Assembly: GCA_034434515.1 (NCBI GenBank)
Contig: DAOTZA010000043.1
Span: 1,999 to 65,998, forward strand
Direction: 5' to 3'
DNA: 64,000 bases
Source: Anaerolineales bacterium
GTDB lineage: Bacteria > Chloroflexota > Anaerolineae > Anaerolineales > UBA4823
Part shown: piece after piece, positions 27,234-36,785 of the stretch
Layout of the letters: the number at the start of each line of letters is the position of its first letter
How positions within the stretch are numbered: the stretch's first letter is position 1
The notes under the pieces: generated by a model
Seen by the model: the letters and a program-made list of their open reading frames with translations, nothing else
Told to the model about the DNA's origin: nothing
Databases searched by the model: none
Program-made: the position numbers and the translations under genes

Positions 27234-27947
27234 ATGAATCCACCAAATGACATCATCGAAAATCCAAATATCTTCGACCAGAGTGAGCCTGACTACCTAG
27301 GGCTCTCTGAAGCACGCTCGGAAGAACAAAGTTACTTTCTTAACGATGCGTTGATCTTAATCGAGAGCTTCTTTCGAACGATATCGGGGATTCGGGATAT
27401 TCGATCTTATATCACGATATTTCGCAGCGAAGAGTCTCAAATTTTTCAACTGAAAGACCAGAAGCTACTCGCTACCCCGCCTACACCGCTGATGAATTAC
27501 CTAATCACAGAGATGATGAAAAGCGGTTCTACGTTGCTGTTCACCGACAATTCTCCAAAATCAGCCGAAAACATCGGCAAACCAAGTGGCTCATCCTGGT
27601 TGATTGCGCCTTTGATGAGAGAACACCAGATTATCGGCGCCATTATCGTCCAGGGTCCTAGAAATGGCCCCTATTTTTCCGAGAGTGATAAGCAAATATT
27701 GGCGTCTCTTACCGAACCAATCTCAAATCTTTTCCAAAATGTCCTTAACCTTCAATCTACCCGTAGAGCTCTCGACATACAATATGAAGCAGTTAACGCT
27801 ATTGCAAGAATTCAAGAAGATCTGGCGAAATTGACCGATAAACTCCTCGAAACCCTTGATGTCGATTTGGTACTTCAAACCAGTGTGATCGAGCTACGAG
27901 ATTTGTTTGACCTTGCAGAAGTTGAGATTCGATTGGTTACCGATTAA
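27234..27947 (+). CDS. GAF-like domain protein (function unknown)
   Basis: WLIAPLMREHQIIGAIIVQGP...FSESDKQILASLTEPISNLFQN resembles the C-terminal half of a GAF domain. Confidence 0.5.
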   Translation: MNPPNDIIENPNIFDQSEPDYLGLSEARSEEQSYFLNDALILIESFFRTISGIRDIRSYITIFRSEESQIFQLKDQKLLATPPTPLMNYLITEMMKSGSTLLFTDNSPKSAENIGKPSGSSWLIAPLMREHQIIGAIIVQGPRNGPYFSESDKQILASLTEPISNLFQNVLNLQSTRRALDIQYEAVNAIARIQEDLAKLTDKLLETLDVDLVLQTSVIELRDLFDLAEVEIRLVTD

Positions 27948-27983
27948 TTCTGGGATGCAATTGCTATAAAGAGGAAAAGGGCC

Positions 27984-30443
27984 ATGAAATTCTTCCCCTC
28001 ACTTCAGAAAGTTTCCATCCATACCCGGGTAATCGGGATGTTAACCCTGCTATCCCTTCTGGCAGTTTCTGGAACAGTTTTAAGCGCTCTTTATACGACT
28101 CAAGAGATCGGTAATAGCACCCAAAATTTGAGTGGTGAGATTATCAAAGAGCAAATCACCAGCTCTTTGGTTTCTCTGAATCAAAATGTTGCCATAGATA
28201 CCAGCCGATCTCTGGAAAAGACCGCTAACGATGTTGAATTTCTTGCTCAATACATCCTTGAGATCTGGACCAAACCAGAACAAGAGGTAATGAATTGGGC
28301 TAACGAAGAAATCATCAGAAAAGGCTTATCTGGACAATACTTAAATAGCAAAAGCAACGATTCCAGCCTTTTTGTTCCCAAATACGTTCAACTGACGCCT
28401 GTAATTAAGAATGAAATAGAAAAAAGCCGATATTTAGACTTAATTTTCGAATCGGTTCAAAAAGGGAATCCAAACATTGCCGCCATTTATTTTGCTTCCC
28501 CAAATAATGTAACCAGATATTATCCAAATATCGATCTTGGCAATGTTGTCCCCCCAGACTTTACCGTAACCGAACGCCCTTGGTATCTCGCCGCCATTGA
28601 AAATTCAACCCCTCGCCCCAAGGTTGTTTGGTCTACAATTTATGTAGATGCTACCGGTCTTGGTTTGGTCAGCACCGCCTCCCGTGCCATTTATGATCAT
28701 GGAAAATTGATCGGTGTGGTTGGGATCGATTTACTCGTTGAGGACATCCTTGCCAATGTAGAGGAATCCTTTCAATTGAAAGCAGGATACAACTTTTTAA
28801 TTGACTATCAAGGCTATGCGCTTGCTATGCCTCGCCAGGCATATCTCGATATTCTTGAACGCCAACCCGCAGAAGGCGAATCATTAACTAATCTTAGAGA
28901 CACACGGAACGATTTTCTTCCCATAATTGTCGAAATGCGCCGCGGCAATAGCGGTCTAAAAGAACTCAATATTGGATCGAGGAATTTATTTGTTGCCTAT
29001 ACCTCAGTCCCCAATGTTGATTGGAGTATAGCCAGCGTCGTAGATGCCGCCAGTTATCTCCAGCCCCTTTCTGAACTGGAAAATAAGCTCCAATCTAACA
29101 CCCAACGTTTAATTATTGTGCAAATTCTCCCCTTATCAGCAGCCGTTTTAGTTGTCATTATCTTCCTGGGATTAATTCTTGCTAACGTTATTACAACCCC
29201 AATCCAGCAACTTGCCACCGCTGCTGAAAAACTCAGCCGGAGTGAGTGGGAGGTTGAAATCCCTGAAGACGCCCCGGGAGAAATCGGCTTGTTTGCCCAA
29301 ACCTTCCGCAACATGGCAAATCAACTGAGAGATATCATTGCCAACCTGGAAGAAAAGGTTGCTGAGCGAACTGAAGCTTTACGTAGGAGAGCTATCCAGT
29401 TACAGGCTTCGGTTGAAGTTGGTCGTGCCGTTGCCTCCGAACGAGAGCTGGAAAAATTGCTCTCAATGGTTACCCATTTGATTAGTGAGCGCTTTGGTTT
29501 TTATCATGTTGGTATTTTTCTTGTTGACCCCAAAGGGGAGTACGCCTGGCTAAAGGCTGCTAATAGCGAAGGGGGACAGCGAATGTTGCAACGTCAACAT
29601 CGCTTGAAAGTGAACGAACAGGGAATTGTGGGGTATGTTACCGGAACTGGAAAAGCCCGCATCGCCTTAGATGTTGGCGAAGACGCAGTATTTTTCAATA
29701 ACCCAGACCTTCCCTTCACGCGTTCTGAAATGGCACTTCCCTTGATTGCCCAAGGAAAACTTCTCGGGGCTTTGGACATCCAGAGTGAACAAGGCGGAGC
29801 ATTCACCGAGGAGGATATCGAAGTACTCAGCGGTATGGCAAACCTGATTGCTATTGCCATCCAAAACGCAGAGCTGTTTGCAGAAACCCAGGCAGCTCTC
29901 GAAGCGACTCGCCGGGCTTATCAAGAAATGAGTTTACGGGGTTGGATCGAATTGATCAACCGCTCCCAACATCCAGCCTACCTCAGCACACCCTTGAAAA
30001 AACTGACCCCCTTAACCCACTTATCCGCTCCTATAATAGAAAAAGTCCGTCAAACCAACTCCATTCAAAAGGGAGACGATCATGAATTAGCAATCCCAAT
30101 TATGGTTAAAGGCAATCGGATTGGAGTTCTCCGTCTACGTCGGCAAGCTCACCAACCCCCCTTTACCGATACCGATATTGATTTGTTCCAGGATATTGCC
30201 CTGCGGATTGGAACCGCTCTGGAAGCAGCTCGTCTCTATCAAGAATCACAAAAAAGAGCGTTGCGCGAAAAACTGGTCGGCGAAATCACTTCAAAGATTC
30301 GCTCCTCGAATGAACCGAAAGAGATTCTCAAGATAGCCATTGAAGAATTGCAAAAAGCTCTTCAGGCCACCAAGGCGCAAGTGGCTTTCTTCTCATCGAA
30401 ATCAGCTCTAAGTGATAACGGACACCGTGAGGGATTAGAATGA
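27984..30443 (+). CDS. Membrane sensor: TM - periplasmic Cache-like domain - TM - HAMP - GAF - GAF, with no recognisable transmitter/output domain
   Basis: N-terminal TM (VIGMLTLLSLLAVSGTVLSALY) and second TM (LPLSAAVLVVIIFLGLILANVI). HAMP (TTPIQQLATAAEKL...FAQTFRNMANQL). Two GAF-like blocks. No H-box, HATPase, GGDEF or other output motif seen. Confidence 0.7.
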   Translation: MKFFPSLQKVSIHTRVIGMLTLLSLLAVSGTVLSALYTTQEIGNSTQNLSGEIIKEQITSSLVSLNQNVAIDTSRSLEKTANDVEFLAQYILEIWTKPEQEVMNWANEEIIRKGLSGQYLNSKSNDSSLFVPKYVQLTPVIKNEIEKSRYLDLIFESVQKGNPNIAAIYFASPNNVTRYYPNIDLGNVVPPDFTVTERPWYLAAIENSTPRPKVVWSTIYVDATGLGLVSTASRAIYDHGKLIGVVGIDLLVEDILANVEESFQLKAGYNFLIDYQGYALAMPRQAYLDILERQPAEGESLTNLRDTRNDFLPIIVEMRRGNSGLKELNIGSRNLFVAYTSVPNVDWSIASVVDAASYLQPLSELENKLQSNTQRLIIVQILPLSAAVLVVIIFLGLILANVITTPIQQLATAAEKLSRSEWEVEIPEDAPGEIGLFAQTFRNMANQLRDIIANLEEKVAERTEALRRRAIQLQASVEVGRAVASERELEKLLSMVTHLISERFGFYHVGIFLVDPKGEYAWLKAANSEGGQRMLQRQHRLKVNEQGIVGYVTGTGKARIALDVGEDAVFFNNPDLPFTRSEMALPLIAQGKLLGALDIQSEQGGAFTEEDIEVLSGMANLIAIAIQNAELFAETQAALEATRRAYQEMSLRGWIELINRSQHPAYLSTPLKKLTPLTHLSAPIIEKVRQTNSIQKGDDHELAIPIMVKGNRIGVLRLRRQAHQPPFTDTDIDLFQDIALRIGTALEAARLYQESQKRALREKLVGEITSKIRSSNEPKEILKIAIEELQKALQATKAQVAFFSSKSALSDNGHREGLE

Positions 30444-31228
30444 GTTACGTGATAGCGATTGCAAATCAAAAAGGTGGAGTGGCAAAAACCACCACAGCCG
30501 TTGGATTGAGCGGAGCACTTGTCCAGGAAGGTTATGATGTTTTGGCAATTGATCTGGATGCACAAGCCAATCTCACCATAGCATTAGGCATAAATCCTCT
30601 TCAGGTGCGACGCTCGATTGCCGATATTTTTGTTAATGCTGAAAAGCTTGCTTCTGTCATCCAGGATACCAATCTGCCCGGTCTGGAGCTTGTCCCGGCC
30701 AATAAAGACATGGAACTATCTGAGCGCTTTGTCCCATTACGCCAAAATCATGAAATTCTCTTACGCCAACAATTATCCACACCCGAAATCTCATCTGTTT
30801 ATGATTTCATTGTTCTGGATTGTCCTCCGTACCTTGGAGCAATCACCACCAACGCCCTGGTGGCAGCGCAAATGCTCATCATCCCCACGCAAGCCGAGGT
30901 TTTTTCTCTGAACGCGCTGAAGAACATGATTGCCCAGGTCAAAACAATTCGCCAAACCTTCAATCCTGGCCTCACCTACCGCATCCTCATCACCCTCCGC
31001 GACCTCCGCAGTCGCATTCATCGCACTATGAGCGAACAGCTCTTCAATGCTTTTCCAAATGGCATTCTGAATACAACTATCGACTTAGACACCAAACTGC
31101 GAGAGAGCGCAATGGCGGGTATGCCGGTCACCTATTGTTACCCAAAGAGCCGAGGGGCACAGCAATATCGGTCACTTGCGATGGAGATCTTAGAATATGT
31201 GCGCCAAAAAAATCTCATCCCAGCTTGA
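30440..31228 (+). CDS. ParA/MinD-family P-loop ATPase
   Basis: Deviant Walker A IAIANQKGGVAKTTT, DLDAQANLT, and Walker B FIVLDCPP. ATGA overlap with the sensor gene stop. Confidence 0.85.
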   Translation: MSYVIAIANQKGGVAKTTTAVGLSGALVQEGYDVLAIDLDAQANLTIALGINPLQVRRSIADIFVNAEKLASVIQDTNLPGLELVPANKDMELSERFVPLRQNHEILLRQQLSTPEISSVYDFIVLDCPPYLGAITTNALVAAQMLIIPTQAEVFSLNALKNMIAQVKTIRQTFNPGLTYRILITLRDLRSRIHRTMSEQLFNAFPNGILNTTIDLDTKLRESAMAGMPVTYCYPKSRGAQQYRSLAMEILEYVRQKNLIPA

Positions 31229-33962
31229 AAATTTGCTTATTGAGCTAAATCAAGAGGCACTTCAAACCCAACCGGAGGGATCACCGAATCTACAACCGCA
31301 ATCTGCTCTGTCAAATATCTCCTTAGATACCGACAGAGCAGAGAAACTGCCTCTGACCGGTGATCTAATCAAAGGATACCCGGTACGTCACCCGGAGTCA
31401 TTTAGTCCCTCAGGCAGGGAGACGGTAATTGTTCAATCGAATGGCAGGATAAAAGCTGTCCCATTATCGGCCGGTGAGACGCCTCCATCTGAGTTGTTTC
31501 TTACCGATCTGGGACCGAAAGCCTACCAAACTCATCAATTACTTCTCCAAGATGCGCAAGACCATCAACCCGCTGTTCTGTCCCTGGCAAAACCGCTTGG
31601 CGAGCAAGCGTTTCTGGTTGAATTTATCAAAGACACATCTCAACCCAAGTGGGATCCCGATGAAATCCTTCTACTGGAACAGGTTACCGACCAGTTACAA
31701 CTTGCTCTTGAAAACGCCAACTTGTTCCAAAAAACAAAAGAGGCGTTGCAAGAGACCGAACAAAGAGCAAAAGAATTACGTATCCTGAATGAATTTGGAC
31801 TGTCGCTAACCAATGCTAATAATTTCGAGACAATCTATCAAACCGTCTTTGAGTGTGTCTCTCGCTTAATGAATGCTCACAATTTCTATGTTGCCATCTA
31901 CAACGAGCGAACCGAAAGCATTTCTTTTCCATTCGTTATCTTAGATGGAATTCCGCTGGATGAAACTCACCCAGAGGCAGGGTTTTGGATGGGAGAAATG
32001 CCCGTTGAAGGTTTGACCGGCCATGTAATTCAAACCAAACAACCGCTATTACTGACCGAAGGTGTTGAAAATCAATTGCGCCATTCAAACCTGAATTTTA
32101 TCCAAATCGGAGCAGTGGCTGCCAAATCCTGGTTGGGCGTCCCAATGCTCTATGGCGATAAGGTGATTGGCGTAATCTCCGTCCAGCATGAACAGATTCC
32201 CAACTTATATGACCAACATCATGTGGAGCTCTTAACCACCATTGGTAACCAGACGGCGATTGCTATCCAGAATGTTCAGTTCCTTCAAGAATTAAGTCAA
32301 CGGGCAGAACAATTGCAAACGGCTGCTGAAATCGCCCGCGATACTTCTGGTACGCTCGCGTTGGATCAATTACTAAACCGAGTCGTCAACCTGGTCAGAG
32401 ATCGCTTTGGTTTCTACCATTCTTCCATTTTCCTGATTGATGAAGATCGCCACTACGCTGTCGTGCGGGAGTCGACTGGCGAAGCCGGAGAGGCAATGAA
32501 ACGCGCGGGGCATAAGCTGGCAGTCGGATCACAATCGATCATCGGCTATGTGACTCAACATGGCGAACCTTTGGTCATTAACGATGTGTCGCAAAGCGAC
32601 ATCCATCGCCCCAATCCGCTTCTCCCTGAGACGAAATCCGAATTAGGCATTCCCTTGAAAATTGGCGACCAGGTGATTGGCGCTCTCGATGTGCAATCCA
32701 CACAAAAGAATGCCTTTTCAGCCGATGACGTCTCAGTCTTGCAATTGCTTGCCGATCAAATTGCGGTTGCCATCAGTAATGCTCAGGCTTACGAGCTCTC
32801 GCAGCAAGCAATTGAGGAAATGGCAAAAGCCGATCAATTAAAGAGCCAGTTCCTGGCGAATATGAGCCATGAGTTACGCACACCGCTCAATTCCATCATC
32901 GGCTTCTCAAGAGTGATCTTAAAGGGCATCGATGGCCCAATAACTGACTTGCAAAGACAAGACCTCAATGCAATCTACAACTCTGGACAGCACTTGCTCA
33001 GCCTCATCAATGACATTCTCGACTTGTCAAAAATCGAGGCCGGCAAGATGGAATTAATGTTTGAAGATGATGTCAATCTCAGCGAAATCATTCAAAGTGT
33101 TTTACCTACGGTGCGAGGGTTAATCAAAGATAAACCCATTGAGTTACACGTCAATCTAGACCCCAATGTTCCCCTGGTTCGCGCTGACCCGACAAAAATT
33201 CGTCAAATCTTGCTCAATTTGCTTTCGAATGCAGCCAAATTTACCGAACAAGGCTCAATTACGATTCAAACCCAAATCGAAAGAATCAATTCTCATGAAG
33301 AAGTCCAGATCAGTGTAACCGACACGGGTATAGGAATTGCTGAAGAAGACCAATCAAAGCTATTCGAACCTTTCTCGCAGGTCGATGCCTCACCGACTCG
33401 GAAAACCGGTGGTACCGGTCTGGGACTTTCAATCTCACGCTATCTGGTGGAGATGCATGGGGGTAAGATTGGCTTGAAGAGCGAATTAGGGAAAGGTTCG
33501 ACCTTTTATTTCACCATCCCCGTTCCAGGCTCCCACCAAGAGCCTTCTGAAGCGCCAAGCGCAACTCAAAACTCCATCCCATCCAATACGGTATTAGCCA
33601 TAGACCGGGAAGAGCTGGTTCTCAACCTGTACGAACGTTACCTGGCTGACTATGAACTTCGAGTTGTAAAATGCTCTTTACCCGAACAGGCTATCCAACT
33701 GGCAGAAACATTATCCCCTTCAGTGATCATCATCGACACAGCAATAGAGTTCAATTCTGACCCCACCAAGGATGGTTGGCATCTCATCCAGGAATTAAAA
33801 TCAAAGCCTACCACAGCAAAAATCCCGATTGTGATCTGTTCTCTAATTGAGGACCGGGAACGTGCCAGGCAGGTTGGGGTCAGTGAATATTTACTTAAGC
33901 CCATAATGGAAGATGATTTAACCTCAGCCCTAAAAAAGATCATCCAAGGTGTGAAAACATAG
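31197..33962 (+). CDS. Hybrid sensor histidine kinase (GAF-GAF-HisKA-HATPase_c-receiver-like)
   Basis: H-box FLANMSHELRTPLNSI, N-box LLNLLSNAAKFT, G-boxes DTGIGI and GGTGLGLSI. The C-terminal REC-like domain (VIIIDTAIE...) has a degenerate acidic pocket. The start may be the TTG at 31233 instead of the ATG at 31197, which overlaps parA by 32 nt. Confidence 0.8.
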   Translation: MCAKKISSQLENLLIELNQEALQTQPEGSPNLQPQSALSNISLDTDRAEKLPLTGDLIKGYPVRHPESFSPSGRETVIVQSNGRIKAVPLSAGETPPSELFLTDLGPKAYQTHQLLLQDAQDHQPAVLSLAKPLGEQAFLVEFIKDTSQPKWDPDEILLLEQVTDQLQLALENANLFQKTKEALQETEQRAKELRILNEFGLSLTNANNFETIYQTVFECVSRLMNAHNFYVAIYNERTESISFPFVILDGIPLDETHPEAGFWMGEMPVEGLTGHVIQTKQPLLLTEGVENQLRHSNLNFIQIGAVAAKSWLGVPMLYGDKVIGVISVQHEQIPNLYDQHHVELLTTIGNQTAIAIQNVQFLQELSQRAEQLQTAAEIARDTSGTLALDQLLNRVVNLVRDRFGFYHSSIFLIDEDRHYAVVRESTGEAGEAMKRAGHKLAVGSQSIIGYVTQHGEPLVINDVSQSDIHRPNPLLPETKSELGIPLKIGDQVIGALDVQSTQKNAFSADDVSVLQLLADQIAVAISNAQAYELSQQAIEEMAKADQLKSQFLANMSHELRTPLNSIIGFSRVILKGIDGPITDLQRQDLNAIYNSGQHLLSLINDILDLSKIEAGKMELMFEDDVNLSEIIQSVLPTVRGLIKDKPIELHVNLDPNVPLVRADPTKIRQILLNLLSNAAKFTEQGSITIQTQIERINSHEEVQISVTDTGIGIAEEDQSKLFEPFSQVDASPTRKTGGTGLGLSISRYLVEMHGGKIGLKSELGKGSTFYFTIPVPGSHQEPSEAPSATQNSIPSNTVLAIDREELVLNLYERYLADYELRVVKCSLPEQAIQLAETLSPSVIIIDTAIEFNSDPTKDGWHLIQELKSKPTTAKIPIVICSLIEDRERARQVGVSEYLLKPIMEDDLTSALKKIIQGVKT

Positions 33963-35651
33963 ATGTCTCAAACCAACTTCTTCGTTCAATGCCTGGATTG
34001 TGAAAACACAGAACCCTTTCGGGTTAATCAAACAGCTTGCTCCCATTGTGGGAGCAACTGGCGTGAAGTACACTACGACCTTGCAGAGGTAAAAGAGATT
34101 TTCGAAAAATCTTTACCCGAACGCCCCTTTAATTTGTGGCGGTATCGCGAGTTATTACCTGTTACCGAATATCTTCCCTATCTATCCATGGGGGAGGGCG
34201 GTACCCCACTCATTCACGCCAATAACCTCGGAATGATGCTTGGCTGTCCTACTTTATTTGTCAAAGATGAACGTCAAGGTCCTACGAACTCATTTAAAGA
34301 CCGTCAAGCAGCAGTAGCCATTGCGGCAATGAAGGAAGCGTCCGTCACTGAAGCGGTTTTAGCCTCAACCGGCAATGTAGCCATTGCTTACTCTGCCTAT
34401 GCCGCCAGAGCCGGAATTAAGTTGTGGGCTTTTCTAACCAGCCTTGTCCCTCTGGAAAAAATGCGCGAAGTAGCTATTTACGGTACAAAGGTCATTAAGG
34501 TTACAGGCACTTACGATGAAGCCAAGCGACTAGCAGCAGAGTTTGCGCGCCAACGCCACCTTCACCTCGAACGCGGGGCTTGCTCGATCCCTTCAGTCGA
34601 ATCGATGAAAACCCTAGCTTTTGAAATCGCTGAGCAATTGACCTATTCTCTGAGCTCGGTTTCCTCTACCCAGTCTGTTATAGCGACAAAATGGAAAGCA
34701 CCCGACTGGTACGTGCAATCCGTCAGTGGCGGAATAGGTCCATTGGGTGTCCTGAAAGGATTTACAGAATTGTATCAAATGGGATTGATCGATCGAATCC
34801 CTTCAATCGCCTGTATCCAAGCAGAGGGATGCGCTCCGATGGTAAAAGCTTGGAAAGCCAATAAAGCCGTTGCCGATCCAATCCTGAATCCCCAAACACA
34901 TATTACTACCCTCTCAACCGGCGACCCTGGTCGCACGTATACCCTGCTCCGAGAGAGAATATTAGAATCCGGAGGAGGGGCATTTGAAAGTGTCAGTGAC
35001 GAAGAAACCTTTCGCACCATTCATATCCTTGCTAAACTCGAGGGTCTATCTACTGAATCGGCTGCTGCAGTCGCTTTTGCTGGGGCGATAAAGCTATTTC
35101 GACAAGGCATCATCAAACCCAACGAAATTGTGGTCATAAACTGCACCGGCCACACAATGCCGGTTGAAAACCTCATTTTGGGTGATGGTTGGGCAACCGA
35201 CATTTCTGTTTCCAGAGTTGAGATGGAAACCAAACCTCAAGAAGGCCTCTATGGGGCATTAAGCAACCTGACCCCAGAAAAGGTGCGAAAAATTGTCATT
35301 ATCGATGACATCGAAGACGCTCGCCGTCTACTGCGAAGGATTTTACAATCTCAAGGCGACTTTATCATTCGTGAAGCGGAAAATGGCATTAAAGGCATTC
35401 AATTGATTAAAGAAGACCCGCCAGACGTAATTATCTTAGATTTAATGATGCCCGAAGTAGATGGTTTTGCCGTCCTGAATCAGCTCCAGGAATACCCTGA
35501 TTTGGCGTCCATTCCTGTCATTGTGGTCACAGCCAAAGAATTGACGAAAGAGGAAACCCTGTTGCTGAAAGGGAAAGTAAAAGCCTTAATGCATAAGGGA
35601 AAATTTATGAGCGACGATCTGGCCGATGAAATATTAGAAGCCATTCATTGA
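33963..35651 (+). CDS. Threonine-synthase-like fold-type-II PLP enzyme fused to a C-terminal response-regulator receiver domain
   Basis: N-terminal Zn-ribbon CLDCEN...CSHCGS. PLP-lysine motif PTNSFKDRQAA and a threonine-synthase-like core. C-terminal canonical REC (VIIDDIED..., VIILDLMMPEVDG, VVTAKE). Its ATG directly abuts the kinase stop codon. Confidence 0.75.
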   Translation: MSQTNFFVQCLDCENTEPFRVNQTACSHCGSNWREVHYDLAEVKEIFEKSLPERPFNLWRYRELLPVTEYLPYLSMGEGGTPLIHANNLGMMLGCPTLFVKDERQGPTNSFKDRQAAVAIAAMKEASVTEAVLASTGNVAIAYSAYAARAGIKLWAFLTSLVPLEKMREVAIYGTKVIKVTGTYDEAKRLAAEFARQRHLHLERGACSIPSVESMKTLAFEIAEQLTYSLSSVSSTQSVIATKWKAPDWYVQSVSGGIGPLGVLKGFTELYQMGLIDRIPSIACIQAEGCAPMVKAWKANKAVADPILNPQTHITTLSTGDPGRTYTLLRERILESGGGAFESVSDEETFRTIHILAKLEGLSTESAAAVAFAGAIKLFRQGIIKPNEIVVINCTGHTMPVENLILGDGWATDISVSRVEMETKPQEGLYGALSNLTPEKVRKIVIIDDIEDARRLLRRILQSQGDFIIREAENGIKGIQLIKEDPPDVIILDLMMPEVDGFAVLNQLQEYPDLASIPVIVVTAKELTKEETLLLKGKVKALMHKGKFMSDDLADEILEAIH

Positions 35652-35664
35652 CCTCTCGAAAGCA

Positions 35665-36666
35665 ATGCTTGAAAAAACTGCTGCGCCGTTAAAAATCCAG
35701 ACCTATACCCTGTCGGTTCGCGGCGTTTTTCCAGCAGTTTTATCGGCAATCCTCCTTGGCTTCGCCCCCATTTTTGGCAAACTTGCCATTCAAAATGGCG
35801 TTTCCCCTTTGTTCGTTGTAACGGTCCGGACGGTTCTGGCAACTTTGTTTATGGCTATCACATTGCTGTTTACGAACCGGCTCAACTTTTATATCTACCC
35901 TGCGGGTTTAATGGCATGTGCATTGGCGGGAACATTGAATGGAATCGGTTCACTTTTTTATTATCTGGCTTTATCGATGATCAACGCCAACCTGGGACAA
36001 TTGATCTTCTTAACTTATCCGGTCTTTGTCACCCTATGGATGGTTTTTGATCACTATAAACCATCATCGGTTTCCCTGCTAAGACTTGCACTCATCGTCC
36101 TTGGGATTGTTTTGTTAATTTACGGGATACATACCCCTGTACGTCTTAGAGGCATCCTTTTTATGTTGATTGCCGCAGCTTGCTATGGATTGCATCTGCC
36201 TATCAACCAACGTGTCCTTTATGAAATGCCAGCTCCCACAGTAACTTTCTATACCTTGCTCTTCATGTCACTTGCTGTTATACCATCCAGCTTATTGATT
36301 CCTCAGCCACTGCAATTATCCCCTGAAAAATCACTTGAACTTCTACCGTTCTTTCCGGTACTGGCTTTAGCTCTGGTTACTTTTCTTTCGAGATTAACCC
36401 TTTTTTTGGGCGTAAAGCGGATTGGTGGACTTCAAACGGCTTTGCTGGGAGTGACGGAACTCTTGGTAACGCTGACTCTGGCAAAGGTATGGCTATACGA
36501 AACTTTCAACTTCCTTCAATGGGTTGGCGCACTGTTGATCCTGTTAAGCCTTCTGCTAATTGGTCTCGAAAAGCCTCCTCAACGGCAAGCAGCAAAACCC
36601 ACTCTTCTTCACTGGTTACAACACTTGCCATCTAAAGAGCCTCCTAACCCTCCGCTAATCGACTAG
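35665..36666 (+). CDS. EamA/DMT-superfamily transporter (10 TM)
   Basis: Two EamA-like halves, hydrophobic throughout. It starts 13 nt after the previous gene. Confidence 0.75.
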   Translation: MLEKTAAPLKIQTYTLSVRGVFPAVLSAILLGFAPIFGKLAIQNGVSPLFVVTVRTVLATLFMAITLLFTNRLNFYIYPAGLMACALAGTLNGIGSLFYYLALSMINANLGQLIFLTYPVFVTLWMVFDHYKPSSVSLLRLALIVLGIVLLIYGIHTPVRLRGILFMLIAAACYGLHLPINQRVLYEMPAPTVTFYTLLFMSLAVIPSSLLIPQPLQLSPEKSLELLPFFPVLALALVTFLSRLTLFLGVKRIGGLQTALLGVTELLVTLTLAKVWLYETFNFLQWVGALLILLSLLLIGLEKPPQRQAAKPTLLHWLQHLPSKEPPNPPLID

Positions 36667-36785
36667 CCTTTGCAAGGCTAACTGAACACTGCATTCCATT
36701 TTGGCTTAACCAATCTGATTCGGCAAACAAGACGCTGCCTTGTGTTATACTACTCCTAAACCTATCTAATCCTTGGGAGTCTGCT

